Below, one piece after another: positions 49,381 to 58,409 of a stretch of 64,000 nucleotides of DNA. Numbering within the stretch: the stretch's first letter is position 1; each line of letters starts with the position of its first letter. Position numbers and translations under genes: made by a program. The notes under the pieces were generated by a model. It was given only the letters and a program-made list of their open reading frames with translations, was not told the DNA's origin and did not search any database. Origin of the DNA: an uncultured Amnibacterium sp. (lineage in GTDB: Bacteria; Actinomycetota; Actinomycetes; Actinomycetales; Microbacteriaceae); contig NZ_CAXTHO010000001.1 in NCBI RefSeq assembly GCF_964244015.1, positions 4,364 through 68,363 of the forward strand. The letters run 5' to 3'.

Positions 49381-49625
49381 ATGACCGACACCACCCCACC
49401 AGCACCGCACCCGTTCAGCACGAGGCGGGCTTACTGCAACACCTCGACCCCGCCGCGCTGGTCGTTGAGACCAATGTCCGCACCGAGGGCCTCGTCCTCG
49501 GCGCCGATTTCGTCGACTGCGTCTACATCCATGGCGCGGTCGTCCCGGTTCTGGGCTGGCGCGAGACCGACGGGGTGGTGCTCGTTCGTGCGGCCAGCGC
49601 CGCACCCTCGGCGCTCGGTAGGCGC
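49381..49625 (+). pseudogene. ParB/Spo0J N-terminal domain remnant
   Basis: Shifted frame reads LQHLDPAALVVETNVRTE...FVD...HGAVVPVLG; frameshifts and early stop. Confidence 0.5.
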
Positions 49626-49758
49626 AGGTCGCCACGACTCCCGTCTAAATTGTGCAGGCCGACGACAACTCGAGGGCCAAGCGGATCGAGGAGCAGTTGA
49701 GCGAGAACGAGCTCCGGCAGCCCTGACCGACACCGACCGGGCGGTTCTCGACGTTCCC

Positions 49759-49870
49759 GGTGTCCCGCCGCCTCGGCCACGCGAACACCGACACCACGGC
49801 CGCGATCTACGCGCACCTGTGCCCGTGCGACTACAGCAACGATCTGGCCCGGTTCGAGGTGTTCGAGGCG
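49759..49870 (+). pseudogene. Tyrosine integrase C-terminal remnant 2
   Basis: 49759-49837 matches 42268-42346 at 74/79 nt (LGHA...IYAHL). Confidence 0.8.
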
Positions 49871-49955
49871 CGCCCGGGGCTGTCCGGGTAAAGGTTTCAG
49901 CCGCGTCGGAGGGCGCTGCTACGTTCAGCCATCCCTCTCTGAACGGCTGTGCCTC

Positions 49956-51005
49956 ATGGCGACCTACGGCTTCCGCATCCACACCCTGACGCCTTACCTA
50001 CAGCGGCATTACAAGACGCTGCTGAACGTGGAGGACGTGTCGAGGGCGGGCGGCGAGCCGGACTCGCTCAATCAGGTTTACAACCAGCTGATCGCGATGC
50101 GCGGCGACACGAAGTTCGGCACCCCGACCTACATGACGACGCCTCCGGAGGAAGCTGTCCGGCTCGCTGCGCAGGAAGCGGCGGAGAATCTGGCGTACTT
50201 CACGGTGCTGGATGTCTCGCGGCTCGGCCGAACGATCGAGGTACTGGTGGAGACGGGCAGGGAGTCCGACCATGACGGCATTCGTCGTCGCGACGGTTCC
50301 CTGGAGGACGCCCGTGGTCGGGCGGCGATCCGCACTAGCACTGTGTTGCTCGTGTTCCCGACCGCAGGGGAGCACGCGTTCATGGTTTCAGAGGTCCGCG
50401 GGCGCGGCTCTGCTGGGGTCCTGCTGATGGACTGGGTCACTCGGCTGGCGCAGCGCGCGGCCGTGTCGTACGACGAAGGTGGCATACGGACCGAACTGCC
50501 ATGGCTCAACTGGAAGCCCACCCCGCGAATCGATGGCGAGCGGCTCGACGGCATTCTGGAACGCTCGTCAAACTTCTCCTTCACCCTTCGACGTGAGGCT
50601 GTGAGCTCGACCGGAGAGCGCAAGAGCTACGACATCGAGGTGGTTCAGTACGGGCTCAAGAAGACTCCGGTCGAGGCGGTGCTCAACGTCTTGATGAAGC
50701 TGTCATCGCGCAAACATTCCGGAACGGAGGCGCAGCGACGCGTCGCGGCGGCGGCGGATGTGCTGACGCTCGTGGAGCCCGATATCACGAAGGTCGAGTT
50801 CACTGACGCCGAGATGTCGTTCGATGAGAACGGCAAGAAGCAGACCGTGACGTCAGAGACCGTGGACGAGCTGTTCATCTACCCGTTGGGCTCCGACCGT
50901 CCAAGCGCGAGCAAGTTGAAGTCGGTGGCAGGGCCCATCATCGAACGGATCGCAGCGAACCTGAACTCGCAGGTCGCGACGGATGCCGAGGAGGAGGGCG
51001 CATGA
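49956..51005 (+). CDS. Hypothetical soluble protein, 349 aa
   Basis: Long ORF with alpha/beta pattern; ATGA-coupled to a membrane protein gene. Confidence 0.75.
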   Translation: MATYGFRIHTLTPYLQRHYKTLLNVEDVSRAGGEPDSLNQVYNQLIAMRGDTKFGTPTYMTTPPEEAVRLAAQEAAENLAYFTVLDVSRLGRTIEVLVETGRESDHDGIRRRDGSLEDARGRAAIRTSTVLLVFPTAGEHAFMVSEVRGRGSAGVLLMDWVTRLAQRAAVSYDEGGIRTELPWLNWKPTPRIDGERLDGILERSSNFSFTLRREAVSSTGERKSYDIEVVQYGLKKTPVEAVLNVLMKLSSRKHSGTEAQRRVAAAADVLTLVEPDITKVEFTDAEMSFDENGKKQTVTSETVDELFIYPLGSDRPSASKLKSVAGPIIERIAANLNSQVATDAEEEGA

Positions 51006-51562
51006 GCAGTCGCCTCGTCCCCACGCAGGTGTTCCGCGCGCACTGGAAGGCGCTGAGCGACTACCGCGGCGACAAGATCGTGCCGGACCGCACCACGCGC
51101 ACCCTGGTCGTCGCGATGCCTGTCGTGGCTGGCGTGCTGTTCGGATTGCTCGGCGGTCGGCTCGGAGCGCCAGACGCGCTCCTGGCTGCCGTGTCGCTGC
51201 TGGCAGGCGGCTTCTTGGCGGCGTTCAGCCAGGTCGCCACGTTCCGTGCTCGGCTGACTGAGCGCGCCGAGATGATGCCCGATGCCGAGCGGGCCGACCG
51301 CGACTCCCTGGATGAGACCGCCGCGCATCTGCTCGTCGCCGCGTACATGTCGGGTATCACGGCGCTCGTCCTCGTGATCGCGACGAACGTTTCCGAGGAC
51401 AAGCACGGTGGCGTCGTCGGCTGGTGGGGTGCGCTCGCTGTCGCCACCGGGCTGCACGTGCTGATCGTGTTCGCTATCGCGATTCCGCGCCTCTACAACG
51501 CCTACGCCCACACCAACGGCGTCCGCAAGGAGCTGAGCGGGACGCATCGCGGCCGACGCTGA
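51002..51562 (+). CDS. Hypothetical membrane protein (about 4 TM)
   Basis: HWKALSD N-terminal helix then four hydrophobic segments. Confidence 0.75.
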   Translation: MSSRLVPTQVFRAHWKALSDYRGDKIVPDRTTRTLVVAMPVVAGVLFGLLGGRLGAPDALLAAVSLLAGGFLAAFSQVATFRARLTERAEMMPDAERADRDSLDETAAHLLVAAYMSGITALVLVIATNVSEDKHGGVVGWWGALAVATGLHVLIVFAIAIPRLYNAYAHTNGVRKELSGTHRGRR

Positions 51563-51572
51563 CGCAAGCCGT

Positions 51573-51734
51573 TCAGCGAAGCAGCAGGGATCTGACGACG
51601 ACGCCTACCAATACCGTGCCGCCGACGGCAGTGGCGACGAGTATCGCCGCGAGCACCATCAGAAAGCCGAAACGTACGGTCGTCGCCCAGTCACTGCTCG
51701 ACGCGCGCCACATGTAGCGGAGCAGGCGGTGCAT
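51573..51734 (-). CDS. Small single-TM hypothetical protein
   Basis: MHRLLRYMW...DWATTVRFGFLMVL; weak support. Confidence 0.3.
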   Translation of the reverse strand: MHRLLRYMWRASSSDWATTVRFGFLMVLAAILVATAVGGTVLVGVVVRSLLLR

Positions 51735-52121
51735 CCATGTCGCACGGCGCGTCTTGAGCGAGTGAGGGTTCTGCGGTCGGCGAAAAGCCGGAGGTTCCGA
51801 AGCCACTTGTTTCCACCATCGTTCAGCAGCACCGCGGGTACGGCGCTGATGGCGACTGGTGGAGGGGTCACCGCGTTCTGCTCCTGATTCCGCTCGGGCC
51901 GGAGGAGCAGCCGTTCGGTGGCCACTGTCGCTCTGTTCGTTTGAATCGGCTCCTGCAGCGCGTACCGGCACTCAGAGGCTCTCGACGCATTAGGGGTTTT
52001 GCTGCTGCTGTACCCCGATTGTCCGTCAGGCGGGGGACATCGTCAAGCCGGAGCCGCGGGGTTTGGCTGGGATCTGTCGTGCCAGCGCCTAGGCCGATCG
52101 GCCGCGATCCGCGTAGTTACG

Positions 52122-52164
52122 GGTGGGCCCCGTGGGGCTCTAACCCACGACCCGCGGATTGAAA
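52122..52164 (-). other. tRNA-Lys-like 3' half (att core of a tyrosine-integrase element; not a full tRNA)
   Basis: Reverse complement TTTCAATCCGCGGGTCGTGGGTTAGAGCCCCACGGGGCCCACC; no D-arm or 5' half next to it. Confidence 0.7.
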
Positions 52165-52307
52165 TTTCGAGAGGTCTGGGGTTTGCAACCACCGTGTGTC
52201 GTGGCGACTGCACGGACCCCAAATTCCGCAATGATCAGTAGTTCCGCAAGCTTCTGTCTGTCTGGTCTTCAGAGCGTCAGCTTCGCTGCCACTGGTGTCA
52301 AACGCGA

Positions 52308-52327
52308 CAGGTGGTAAAGACCACGAT
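52308..52327. other. attR of serine-integrase island
   Basis: CAGGTGG-TA-AA-GA-CCACGAT; left arm is the exact complement of the CCACCTG arm at attL. Confidence 0.88.
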
Positions 52328-52940
52328 GCTGAACGCGCTGCTCGCCGCCGGCAGGCCGACGGACCGGGTCGTGACGGTGGAGGAGACCTTCGAGCTGAAG
52401 CTGCCCGGCCGCGACGCGGTCGCGATGCAGTGCCGGCAGCCGAGCCTCGAAGGGACGGGCGAGATCACCCTGCGGCGCCTGATCAAGGAGGCGCTGCGCA
52501 TGCGGCCGGACCGCATCGTCGTCGGCGAGGTGCGGGAGGCGGAGGCGCTGGACCTGCTGATCGCGCTGAACAGCGGTGTCCCGGGGGCGTGCAGCATCCA
52601 TGCGAACTCGGCGCGGGACGCGCTCGTGAAGCTCTGCACGCTGCCGCTGCTGGCGGGCAGGAACATCGACGCCGGGTTCGTCGTGCCGACGGTGGCGTCC
52701 GCGGTCGACCTCGTCGTGCACTGCGAGCTGCAGCGCAGCGGGCGGCGGCGGGTGAAGGAGATCCTTGCGCCGACCGGGGCCCTCAGCGCTCCCGCCGTCG
52801 AGGGCGGGGTGATCGAGGCGACGCGGCTGTTCGCGCTCGACGGCGACGTCCTCCGGGCGACGGGCGGCTTGCCGCCGAAGCAGGAGAAGTTCCTCGCCGT
52901 GGGGCTCGACCCGGCTCGGCTGGTCGGGAGCGCCGCGTGA
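52317..52940 (+). pseudogene. cpaF: CpaF/TadA 3' part
   Basis: KTTMLNALL, VTVEETFEL, LRMRPDRIVVGEVREAE, SIHANS; continues the Walker A cut at 10502. Confidence 0.92.
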
Positions 52941-53800
52941 TCCCGCTGCTCGGCGCGGTCGGCGGCACCGGGGTCGTACTCGTGGCATCGCCGTGGCTGT
53001 GGCCGCGGCGCACCCGGGTGGTCCCCGCTTCGAACCGCTGGTCGTCGTCCGTCGAGGACCGCCTCGGGCGCGCGGGGTTCCCCGGCACGGCGCCCGGCGT
53101 CTTCGTCGCGATGTCGTTCGTGATCGGGCTGGCCGGCGCCGCAGTGGTGCTCGCACTCACCGGTTTGACCGCGGTCGCCGTGCTGACGCTGATCGTCGGC
53201 GCCCTCGCCCCGTGGACGGTGGCCGGATGGCGCGCCCGGAGCCGGCAGCATGCGGCCCGCGGCCTCTGGCCCGAGGTCGTCGACCACCTCGTCGCCGCCA
53301 TCCGCGCCGGCATGCCGCTGCCCGACGCGCTCGCATCGCTGTCGGAGCGCGGCCCCGCCCCGCTGCGGCCCGGGTTCCGCCGCTTCGAGGACCGGTGGCG
53401 GCGAACGGGCACGGTCGGCCCTGCGCTCGACGACCTGAAGCAGCACTTCGCCGACCCCACCTCCGACCGCCTGATCGAGGTGCTGCGGATGGCGCGGGAG
53501 GTCGGCGGCACCGAGCTGCCGAGCGTGCTGCGGGACCTGGCGATCCACCTCCGGCAGGATCTCGCCCTGCGCGCGGAGGTGGAGGCGCGGCAGAGCTGGG
53601 TCACGAACGCCGGCAAGCTCGGGCTCGCGGCGCCGTGGATCGTGCTCGGGCTGCTCTGCACCAGACCGGAGGCGGCGCAGGCGTACGCGACGCCGCAGGG
53701 CACGCTGCTGCTGCTGGCCGCGGCCGTCGTCACGCTCGTCGCCTACCGGGTCATGCTCGCCATCGGGCGGCTGCCCGAGGACCGACGGTGGTTCCGGTGA
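52937..53800 (+). CDS. tadB: Tad pilus inner-membrane protein TadB (T2SS F domain)
   Basis: WPEVVDHLVAAIRAGMPLPDAL, GGTEL; GTGA coupling. Confidence 0.88.
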   Translation: MIPLLGAVGGTGVVLVASPWLWPRRTRVVPASNRWSSSVEDRLGRAGFPGTAPGVFVAMSFVIGLAGAAVVLALTGLTAVAVLTLIVGALAPWTVAGWRARSRQHAARGLWPEVVDHLVAAIRAGMPLPDALASLSERGPAPLRPGFRRFEDRWRRTGTVGPALDDLKQHFADPTSDRLIEVLRMAREVGGTELPSVLRDLAIHLRQDLALRAEVEARQSWVTNAGKLGLAAPWIVLGLLCTRPEAAQAYATPQGTLLLLAAAVVTLVAYRVMLAIGRLPEDRRWFR

Positions 53801-54729
53801 CGCCCGAGCTGTGGCTCGCCCTCGCGCTCGGCCTCACCGCGGGCGTCGGATTCTGGAGCGTCAGCACCCGCCTCCCGGCGCTCGGCCGGCCGCGCCTCGC
53901 GACCCGGATCGCGCCCTACCTCCTCGACGTGTCCGCCGAGGCGCGCCGCCTGCAGCGACCCACGGTCGTCGATCCCGTCCCCGTGCTCGGCCTGATGGCC
54001 ACACCGGCGCTCGAGGTGTTCCAACGCGCGTTCGGCGCTCTGCTCGGCAGCTCGGGCGGCGCCGCGGTGCGCATCGCCCGGGCGGGCAGGACCTGGACCG
54101 TGGAGGGGTACCGGCTGCGGCAGCTGCTCTGGGCAGTCGGCGGCGGACTCGCCGGTACCGCGCTCGGTGCGCTGGCGGCCGCGAACGGCAGCCCCGCGGC
54201 ACTCGTCGCGGCACCGGTCGTCGGGGTGATGCTCGGCCCGCTCCTGAGGGACCGCCTCCTGATCGCGGAGGGCACGCGTCGCGCCGCGCGGATCGATAGC
54301 GAGCTGCCGACGGTGCTCGAGTTCCTCGCGCTGAGCCTGAGCGCGGGGGAGGGGGTCCGCGACGCGCTGCGCCGGGTCGCGCGCGTCGGCTCGGGCACGC
54401 TGGCGGACCTGATGCAACGCGTCGTCGACGAGTCCGCGGTCGGGGTATCCCTCCCGGTCGCGCTGACGGCGCTGGCCGACGAGCTGCAGATCCCCTCGCT
54501 CACGCGGAGCCTGACCCACCTGGTCGCGGCCCTCGAGCGCGGCTCACCGCTCGCTGAGGTGCTGCGTGTCCAGGCCTCCGACGCCCGCGATCACGCCCGC
54601 CGCGGCCTGCTCGAGGCGGCGGGGAAGAAGGAGATCGGGATGATGGTCCCGCTCGTCTTCCTGATCCTCCCGGTGACCGTGGCCTTCGCGGTGTTCCCGG
54701 GGATCCTGGTGCTGCAGACGCAGCTCTGA
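53797..54729 (+). CDS. tadC: Tad pilus inner-membrane protein TadC
   Basis: ELPTVLEFLALSLSAGE, LERGSPLAEVLR, MMVPLVFLILP. Confidence 0.88.
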   Translation: MTPELWLALALGLTAGVGFWSVSTRLPALGRPRLATRIAPYLLDVSAEARRLQRPTVVDPVPVLGLMATPALEVFQRAFGALLGSSGGAAVRIARAGRTWTVEGYRLRQLLWAVGGGLAGTALGALAAANGSPAALVAAPVVGVMLGPLLRDRLLIAEGTRRAARIDSELPTVLEFLALSLSAGEGVRDALRRVARVGSGTLADLMQRVVDESAVGVSLPVALTALADELQIPSLTRSLTHLVAALERGSPLAEVLRVQASDARDHARRGLLEAAGKKEIGMMVPLVFLILPVTVAFAVFPGILVLQTQL

Positions 54730-54769
54730 GCTTCCAGCCTTGGGCCTGACGCAGGAAGGTCATCGGTCC

Positions 54770-55060
54770 GATCAGGCGAGGTCCTTGTCTGGGCCGTCGG
54801 AGGACCGTGCCTGAAATCCGTTCCGTTCGTCAACTGCTCGCCGCTCGCGGGCTGCGAAGAACTGCAATTCCGTCACCCCTCGTGCCCGCGACTCCTCGAC
54901 GAGTACGCCTCGGAGAATCCGTCGCTCCAGTGGAGCGGGAGCGAGGTCACGTCGACCTCGCCGCCGAGACCCTCGGCGATCGCCTGCACGGTCGGGTAAA
55001 CGGGCGGCCTCGGTCTCGATGACCTCTGAGGCGTACTCGGCCGATCAGGATCGGTGCAGT
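54770..55060 (-). pseudogene. Possible decayed SAM-methyltransferase 3' fragment
   Basis: One minus frame reads YPTVQAIAEGLGGEVDVTSLPLHWSDGFSEAY; broken on both sides. Confidence 0.3.
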
Positions 55061-55119
55061 GCGGTCCGGTCGCAGGCGAGCATCACGACAGCTGGTCCGA
55101 GGCCTCACGCAGGACACGA

Positions 55120-55515
55120 TCAGACGTTGACGTCGAAACCAAGATCGGTGTCGGATGCGGCCTGCCCGCCTCCGATGCCCCAGTTCTCTGCTGGGCTCTC
55201 GCGCAACACAATCGTGACGTGGTCCTTCGGCACACCGAACCGATCGAGCCGACTCACGATCTCGCGGTAGAGGTTCCGCTTGGCATCGATCGAGCGGCCG
55301 ATGAAGCAGTCGATGGTCACGAGCGTGTAGAACTCGGGCTGAGTCAGATGCGGGGCAGTCGCAAAGCGGTGCGGCTCGTGCGCGACGAGGCGAACATGCT
55401 TGTCGCCTGGAGGAATTCTGAAGCTCGCGACGAGCGCGTTATGGACCGCGTCGATGATCGCGGCTTCGTCCGCTGGGCTGTACTGACGGCGAACTTCGAC
55501 GAGGGAACTCGGCAC
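55120..55515 (-). CDS. Tautomerase family protein (4-OT/MSAD-like)
   Basis: Pro directly after Met; F.GRSIDAKRNLY, IVLRESPAENWGIGG. Confidence 0.85.
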   Translation of the reverse strand: MPSSLVEVRRQYSPADEAAIIDAVHNALVASFRIPPGDKHVRLVAHEPHRFATAPHLTQPEFYTLVTIDCFIGRSIDAKRNLYREIVSRLDRFGVPKDHVTIVLRESPAENWGIGGGQAASDTDLGFDVNV

Positions 55516-55600
55516 ATGCCCAGTCTGGTCCGCTGACCCCTGTGGACAACTTTCGACGCCATAGCTGCGAAATCGTCACACTGGCGCGACGTCGCTACCC

Positions 55601-55801
55601 ATGGAGGCCCCGATGCGGACGCAGCCCACGTTTCCCCGAACCGACCTGGTCGTCGATGACGACCCCGAGCGCGGCGACGTGCCCGGCTGGGTGCTCGTCA
55701 CGATGATGACCGCCGGTCTCGTCGTGCTGCTCTGGGGTGTCGCAGGGCCGGCGCTCACCGGGCTGTTCAACCAGGCGATCACGAGCGTCAGTGGCTTGTG
55801 A
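55601..55801 (+). CDS. Flp-like pilin of the actinobacterial tad locus
   Basis: ERGDVPGWVLVTMMTAGLV prepilin-like cleavage motif then a hydrophobic helix. Confidence 0.7.
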   Translation: MEAPMRTQPTFPRTDLVVDDDPERGDVPGWVLVTMMTAGLVVLLWGVAGPALTGLFNQAITSVSGL

Positions 55802-55811
55802 ACCCCGGCCT

Positions 55812-56195
55812 GTGAACGACGCGGCGGAGCGCGGCAGCGCGCCCGCCGAGTTCGTGATGACGACGGTCCTCCTGCTCGCGCTGGTGCTCGGCGTGCTGCA
55901 GGTCGGCGCGGTCCTGCTCGTCCGGAACACCGCGCTCGACGCCGTCGCGGAGGGGGCGAGGTGGTCCGCGATCGTCGGCAACTCGGATGCGGACGGCGTC
56001 GCCCGGGCGCAGCAGGTGCTCACGGACAGCCTCGGTCCTGCGTACGCGTCCGGCGTCATGGCGTCGAGGACCGTGTGGCAGCAGCAGCCCGCGACCGTGG
56101 TCAGCGCGCGGATCCCGCTGCCCGTCATCGGCCTGTTCGGGCCGCCGGCCGCGATCGAGGTGACCGGGCATGCCGCACTCGAACCCGAGCCCTGA
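55812..56195 (+). CDS. TadE-like pseudopilin
   Basis: ERGSAPAEFV.....LL..LGVLQ, AVAEGAR. Confidence 0.8.
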   Translation: MNDAAERGSAPAEFVMTTVLLLALVLGVLQVGAVLLVRNTALDAVAEGARWSAIVGNSDADGVARAQQVLTDSLGPAYASGVMASRTVWQQQPATVVSARIPLPVIGLFGPPAAIEVTGHAALEPEP

Positions 56196-56619
56196 CGACG
56201 GATCCGCAGCGGTCGAGGTGCTCGTGCTCGGCGTGCTGCTGCTCGTCCCGCTCGTCTACCTCGTGCTGACCATCGCGGCCCTCCAGGGCGCGTCGTTCGC
56301 CGCGGAGGGCGCTGCGCGACAGGTTGCCAGGAGCATCGCGCTCGCGGCGACCGACGCCGAGGGACGGCGCGCGGCCGACGCGGCGGCGACCGTGGCGCTC
56401 GCCGACTGGCACGTCGACCCCTCCGCGGCCGGCGTCGAGGTGCGCTGCGTGCCCGACCCCGGCGACTGCATCACGGCGCGCGGCACGGTCGACGTGCGGG
56501 TGCGGGTCGCCGTGGCGCTTCCGCTGCTGCCGCCGGCGCTCGGGCTGGGCGCACCCGGCGCGATCCCGATCGAGGCGCGGTCCGTCCAGCGCGTCTCGAT
56601 GTTCGCGATCGCCCGATGA
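56170..56619 (+). CDS. TadE-like pseudopilin
   Basis: DDGSAAVEVLVLGVLLLVPLVYLV, AARQVAR. Confidence 0.8.
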   Translation: MPHSNPSPDDGSAAVEVLVLGVLLLVPLVYLVLTIAALQGASFAAEGAARQVARSIALAATDAEGRRAADAAATVALADWHVDPSAAGVEVRCVPDPGDCITARGTVDVRVRVAVALPLLPPALGLGAPGAIPIEARSVQRVSMFAIAR

Positions 56620-57044
56620 GGCGGCAGGAGGAGGGCGCAGCGGTCCCGTTGATCGTCGGCCTGTTCGCGATCGCCCTCGCGTTCGTCGTGATCGCCGCTG
56701 GAGCGACGAGCCTGCACCTCGACCGCCTCCGGCTGCTGACCGTCGCGGACGGCGCGGCGCTCGCGGGCGCGGAGTCGTTCCGCGTCGCCGACGTCTCGGT
56801 CAGCGGGAACGAGGTGATCCCGGCGCTGACCTCCTCCGCGGTCCGGGAGGCGGTCGACGCCTACGTCGCGGACGCGGCGGCTCCTGGACTCGAGGACCTG
56901 ACGGTCGTCCAGGCCGCCACCGCCGACGGCCGCGGCGCCACGGTCGAGCTGCGGGCGACCTGGCGCCCTCCGCTGGTCGGCCCGCTGCTGCCGGACGGCC
57001 TCCCGGTCACGGTCACCTCGACCGCGGCAGCCCGCTTCCGCTGA
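56616..57044 (+). CDS. TadG-like / Tad domain pseudopilin
   Basis: EEGAAVPLIVGL, RLLTVADGAALAGA. Confidence 0.75.
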   Translation: MRRQEEGAAVPLIVGLFAIALAFVVIAAGATSLHLDRLRLLTVADGAALAGAESFRVADVSVSGNEVIPALTSSAVREAVDAYVADAAAPGLEDLTVVQAATADGRGATVELRATWRPPLVGPLLPDGLPVTVTSTAAARFR

Positions 57045-57049
57045 CGACG

Positions 57050-57086
57050 CTCCGTTGTGTAGGAAGGTCCTTCCTACAAAACGGAG
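57050..57086. repeat. REP-like palindrome, copy 2
   Basis: CTCCGTTGTGTAGGAAGG-T-CCTTCCTACAAAACGGAG, between convergent genes. Confidence 0.75.
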
Positions 57087-58354
57087 GGTCGGGCCGGGCG
57101 CGGGATGAAGCGGGGCACCCAGCGGGCGAGCAGGCCGGCGCCGAGCAGCCCGACCACGCCGAGCGTCGCGGCCGCGACGGAGAGCGAGAACACGGCCGTG
57201 AGCGCGGAGAGCGCCAGCGGCGCGGAGGCGTTGCCGACGTCGCCCGTGAACCGGTAGGCGCCCAGGAACGGTGCCGGGTCGTGCCGCGGTGCGAGATCAG
57301 CGCCGAAGGTCATCAGGATGCCGCTGCCGATACCGTTCGCGAGCGACATCGCGATCGCGACGGCGACGAACCAGGTGGCCGCGCCGGATCCGCCTGTGGC
57401 GAGCGCGAGCCCGACGACGACCGCGAGCGCGATGTGCCCGAGTCCCAGCCCGATCATCGATGGCACAGCGCTCCACAGCCGGCCGAACCGGTCCATGATC
57501 TGCCCGCTGGTGAAGAACAGCGCGAGGTCCACGGCGCCGGCAATGCCGATGATCAGCGCGATCGAGCCCTCCTGCAGGCCGAGGCTCACCCCGGCCAGCG
57601 GCAGGATCACCTGCCGGCTCGATCGCAGCCCGCCGATCAGTGCTGCGCCGAGCCCCATCCGCGCCAGCACCTTCCGGTGCCGGCCGATCGTCCGGAACAG
57701 CCCCTCCCGCACCACATCCCCCTCCACGATGCGGATCGCCGCGGTCGGTGTCTGCAGGGCGGAGCGGCGCTCGGCCAGCGCCGCGGCGGGGTCGGGCAGC
57801 ACCAGCAGGATGATCGCGACCAGCACGCAGGCGACGACGTCGACCAGGAAGACGGCCCGCGTGCTCCCGGTGATGCCGATCACCAGCGCGGCGAGGAACG
57901 GGCCGAGGAAGTAGCCGGCGCGGAACATCCCGCCGAGCAGCGACAGCGCCCTCGCCCGGTGGGAGACGGGGACGAAGGTGGTCATGAACGCCTGGCGGGC
58001 GAGCGCGAACGATGCGGTCGCGATGCCGATCAGCAGCACCCCGAGTCCGAGCACCGCCGGTGTGGTCGCGAGGAGGCAGAGCACCAGACCGGCGAGCGCG
58101 GCGACGGCGGACCCGAGCATCGCGGTGCGCTCACCGACCTTGGCCACGATCCAGCCGCTCGGGATGTCGCCGATCAGGGTGCCGATCATGATCAGCGCCG
58201 ATACGAAGCCCGCCAGCGCGAGCGATCCGCCGAGCCGAACGGCGTCCACGGGGATGATCGGGATGATCGCGCCCTCGCCGATCGCGAACAGCAGGCTCGG
58301 GAGGTAGACGGGCAGCGCGACCGATCCGAGACGGAAGCTGCCGGCGGTCGTCAT
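57074..58354 (-). CDS. MFS transporter
   Basis: About 12 TM; [27 protein letters not shown]. Confidence 0.88.
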   Translation of the reverse strand: MTTAGSFRLGSVALPVYLPSLLFAIGEGAIIPIIPVDAVRLGGSLALAGFVSALIMIGTLIGDIPSGWIVAKVGERTAMLGSAVAALAGLVLCLLATTPAVLGLGVLLIGIATASFALARQAFMTTFVPVSHRARALSLLGGMFRAGYFLGPFLAALVIGITGSTRAVFLVDVVACVLVAIILLVLPDPAAALAERRSALQTPTAAIRIVEGDVVREGLFRTIGRHRKVLARMGLGAALIGGLRSSRQVILPLAGVSLGLQEGSIALIIGIAGAVDLALFFTSGQIMDRFGRLWSAVPSMIGLGLGHIALAVVVGLALATGGSGAATWFVAVAIAMSLANGIGSGILMTFGADLAPRHDPAPFLGAYRFTGDVGNASAPLALSALTAVFSLSVAAATLGVVGLLGAGLLARWVPRFIPRPARPSVL

Positions 58355-58409
58355 CGCCCAGCACGGTACGCCCGCGCTTCCGCGCGTCCGCCGAGTACGC
58401 TGTCGGCCC

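Larger units (their letters stand above)
10503..52319. mobile_element. 41.8-kb integrative genomic (defence) island mobilised by a large serine recombinase, inserted in cpaF
   Basis: Split cpaF halves rejoin in frame over a shared AAG; integrase lies next to attL; abrupt drop in GC at both junctions. Confidence 0.92.

Noticed and set aside
52122-52164. A functional tRNA gene
   Set aside because: Only the anticodon-3' stem to acceptor end is present, with a changed T-loop (TTAGA); no 5' half
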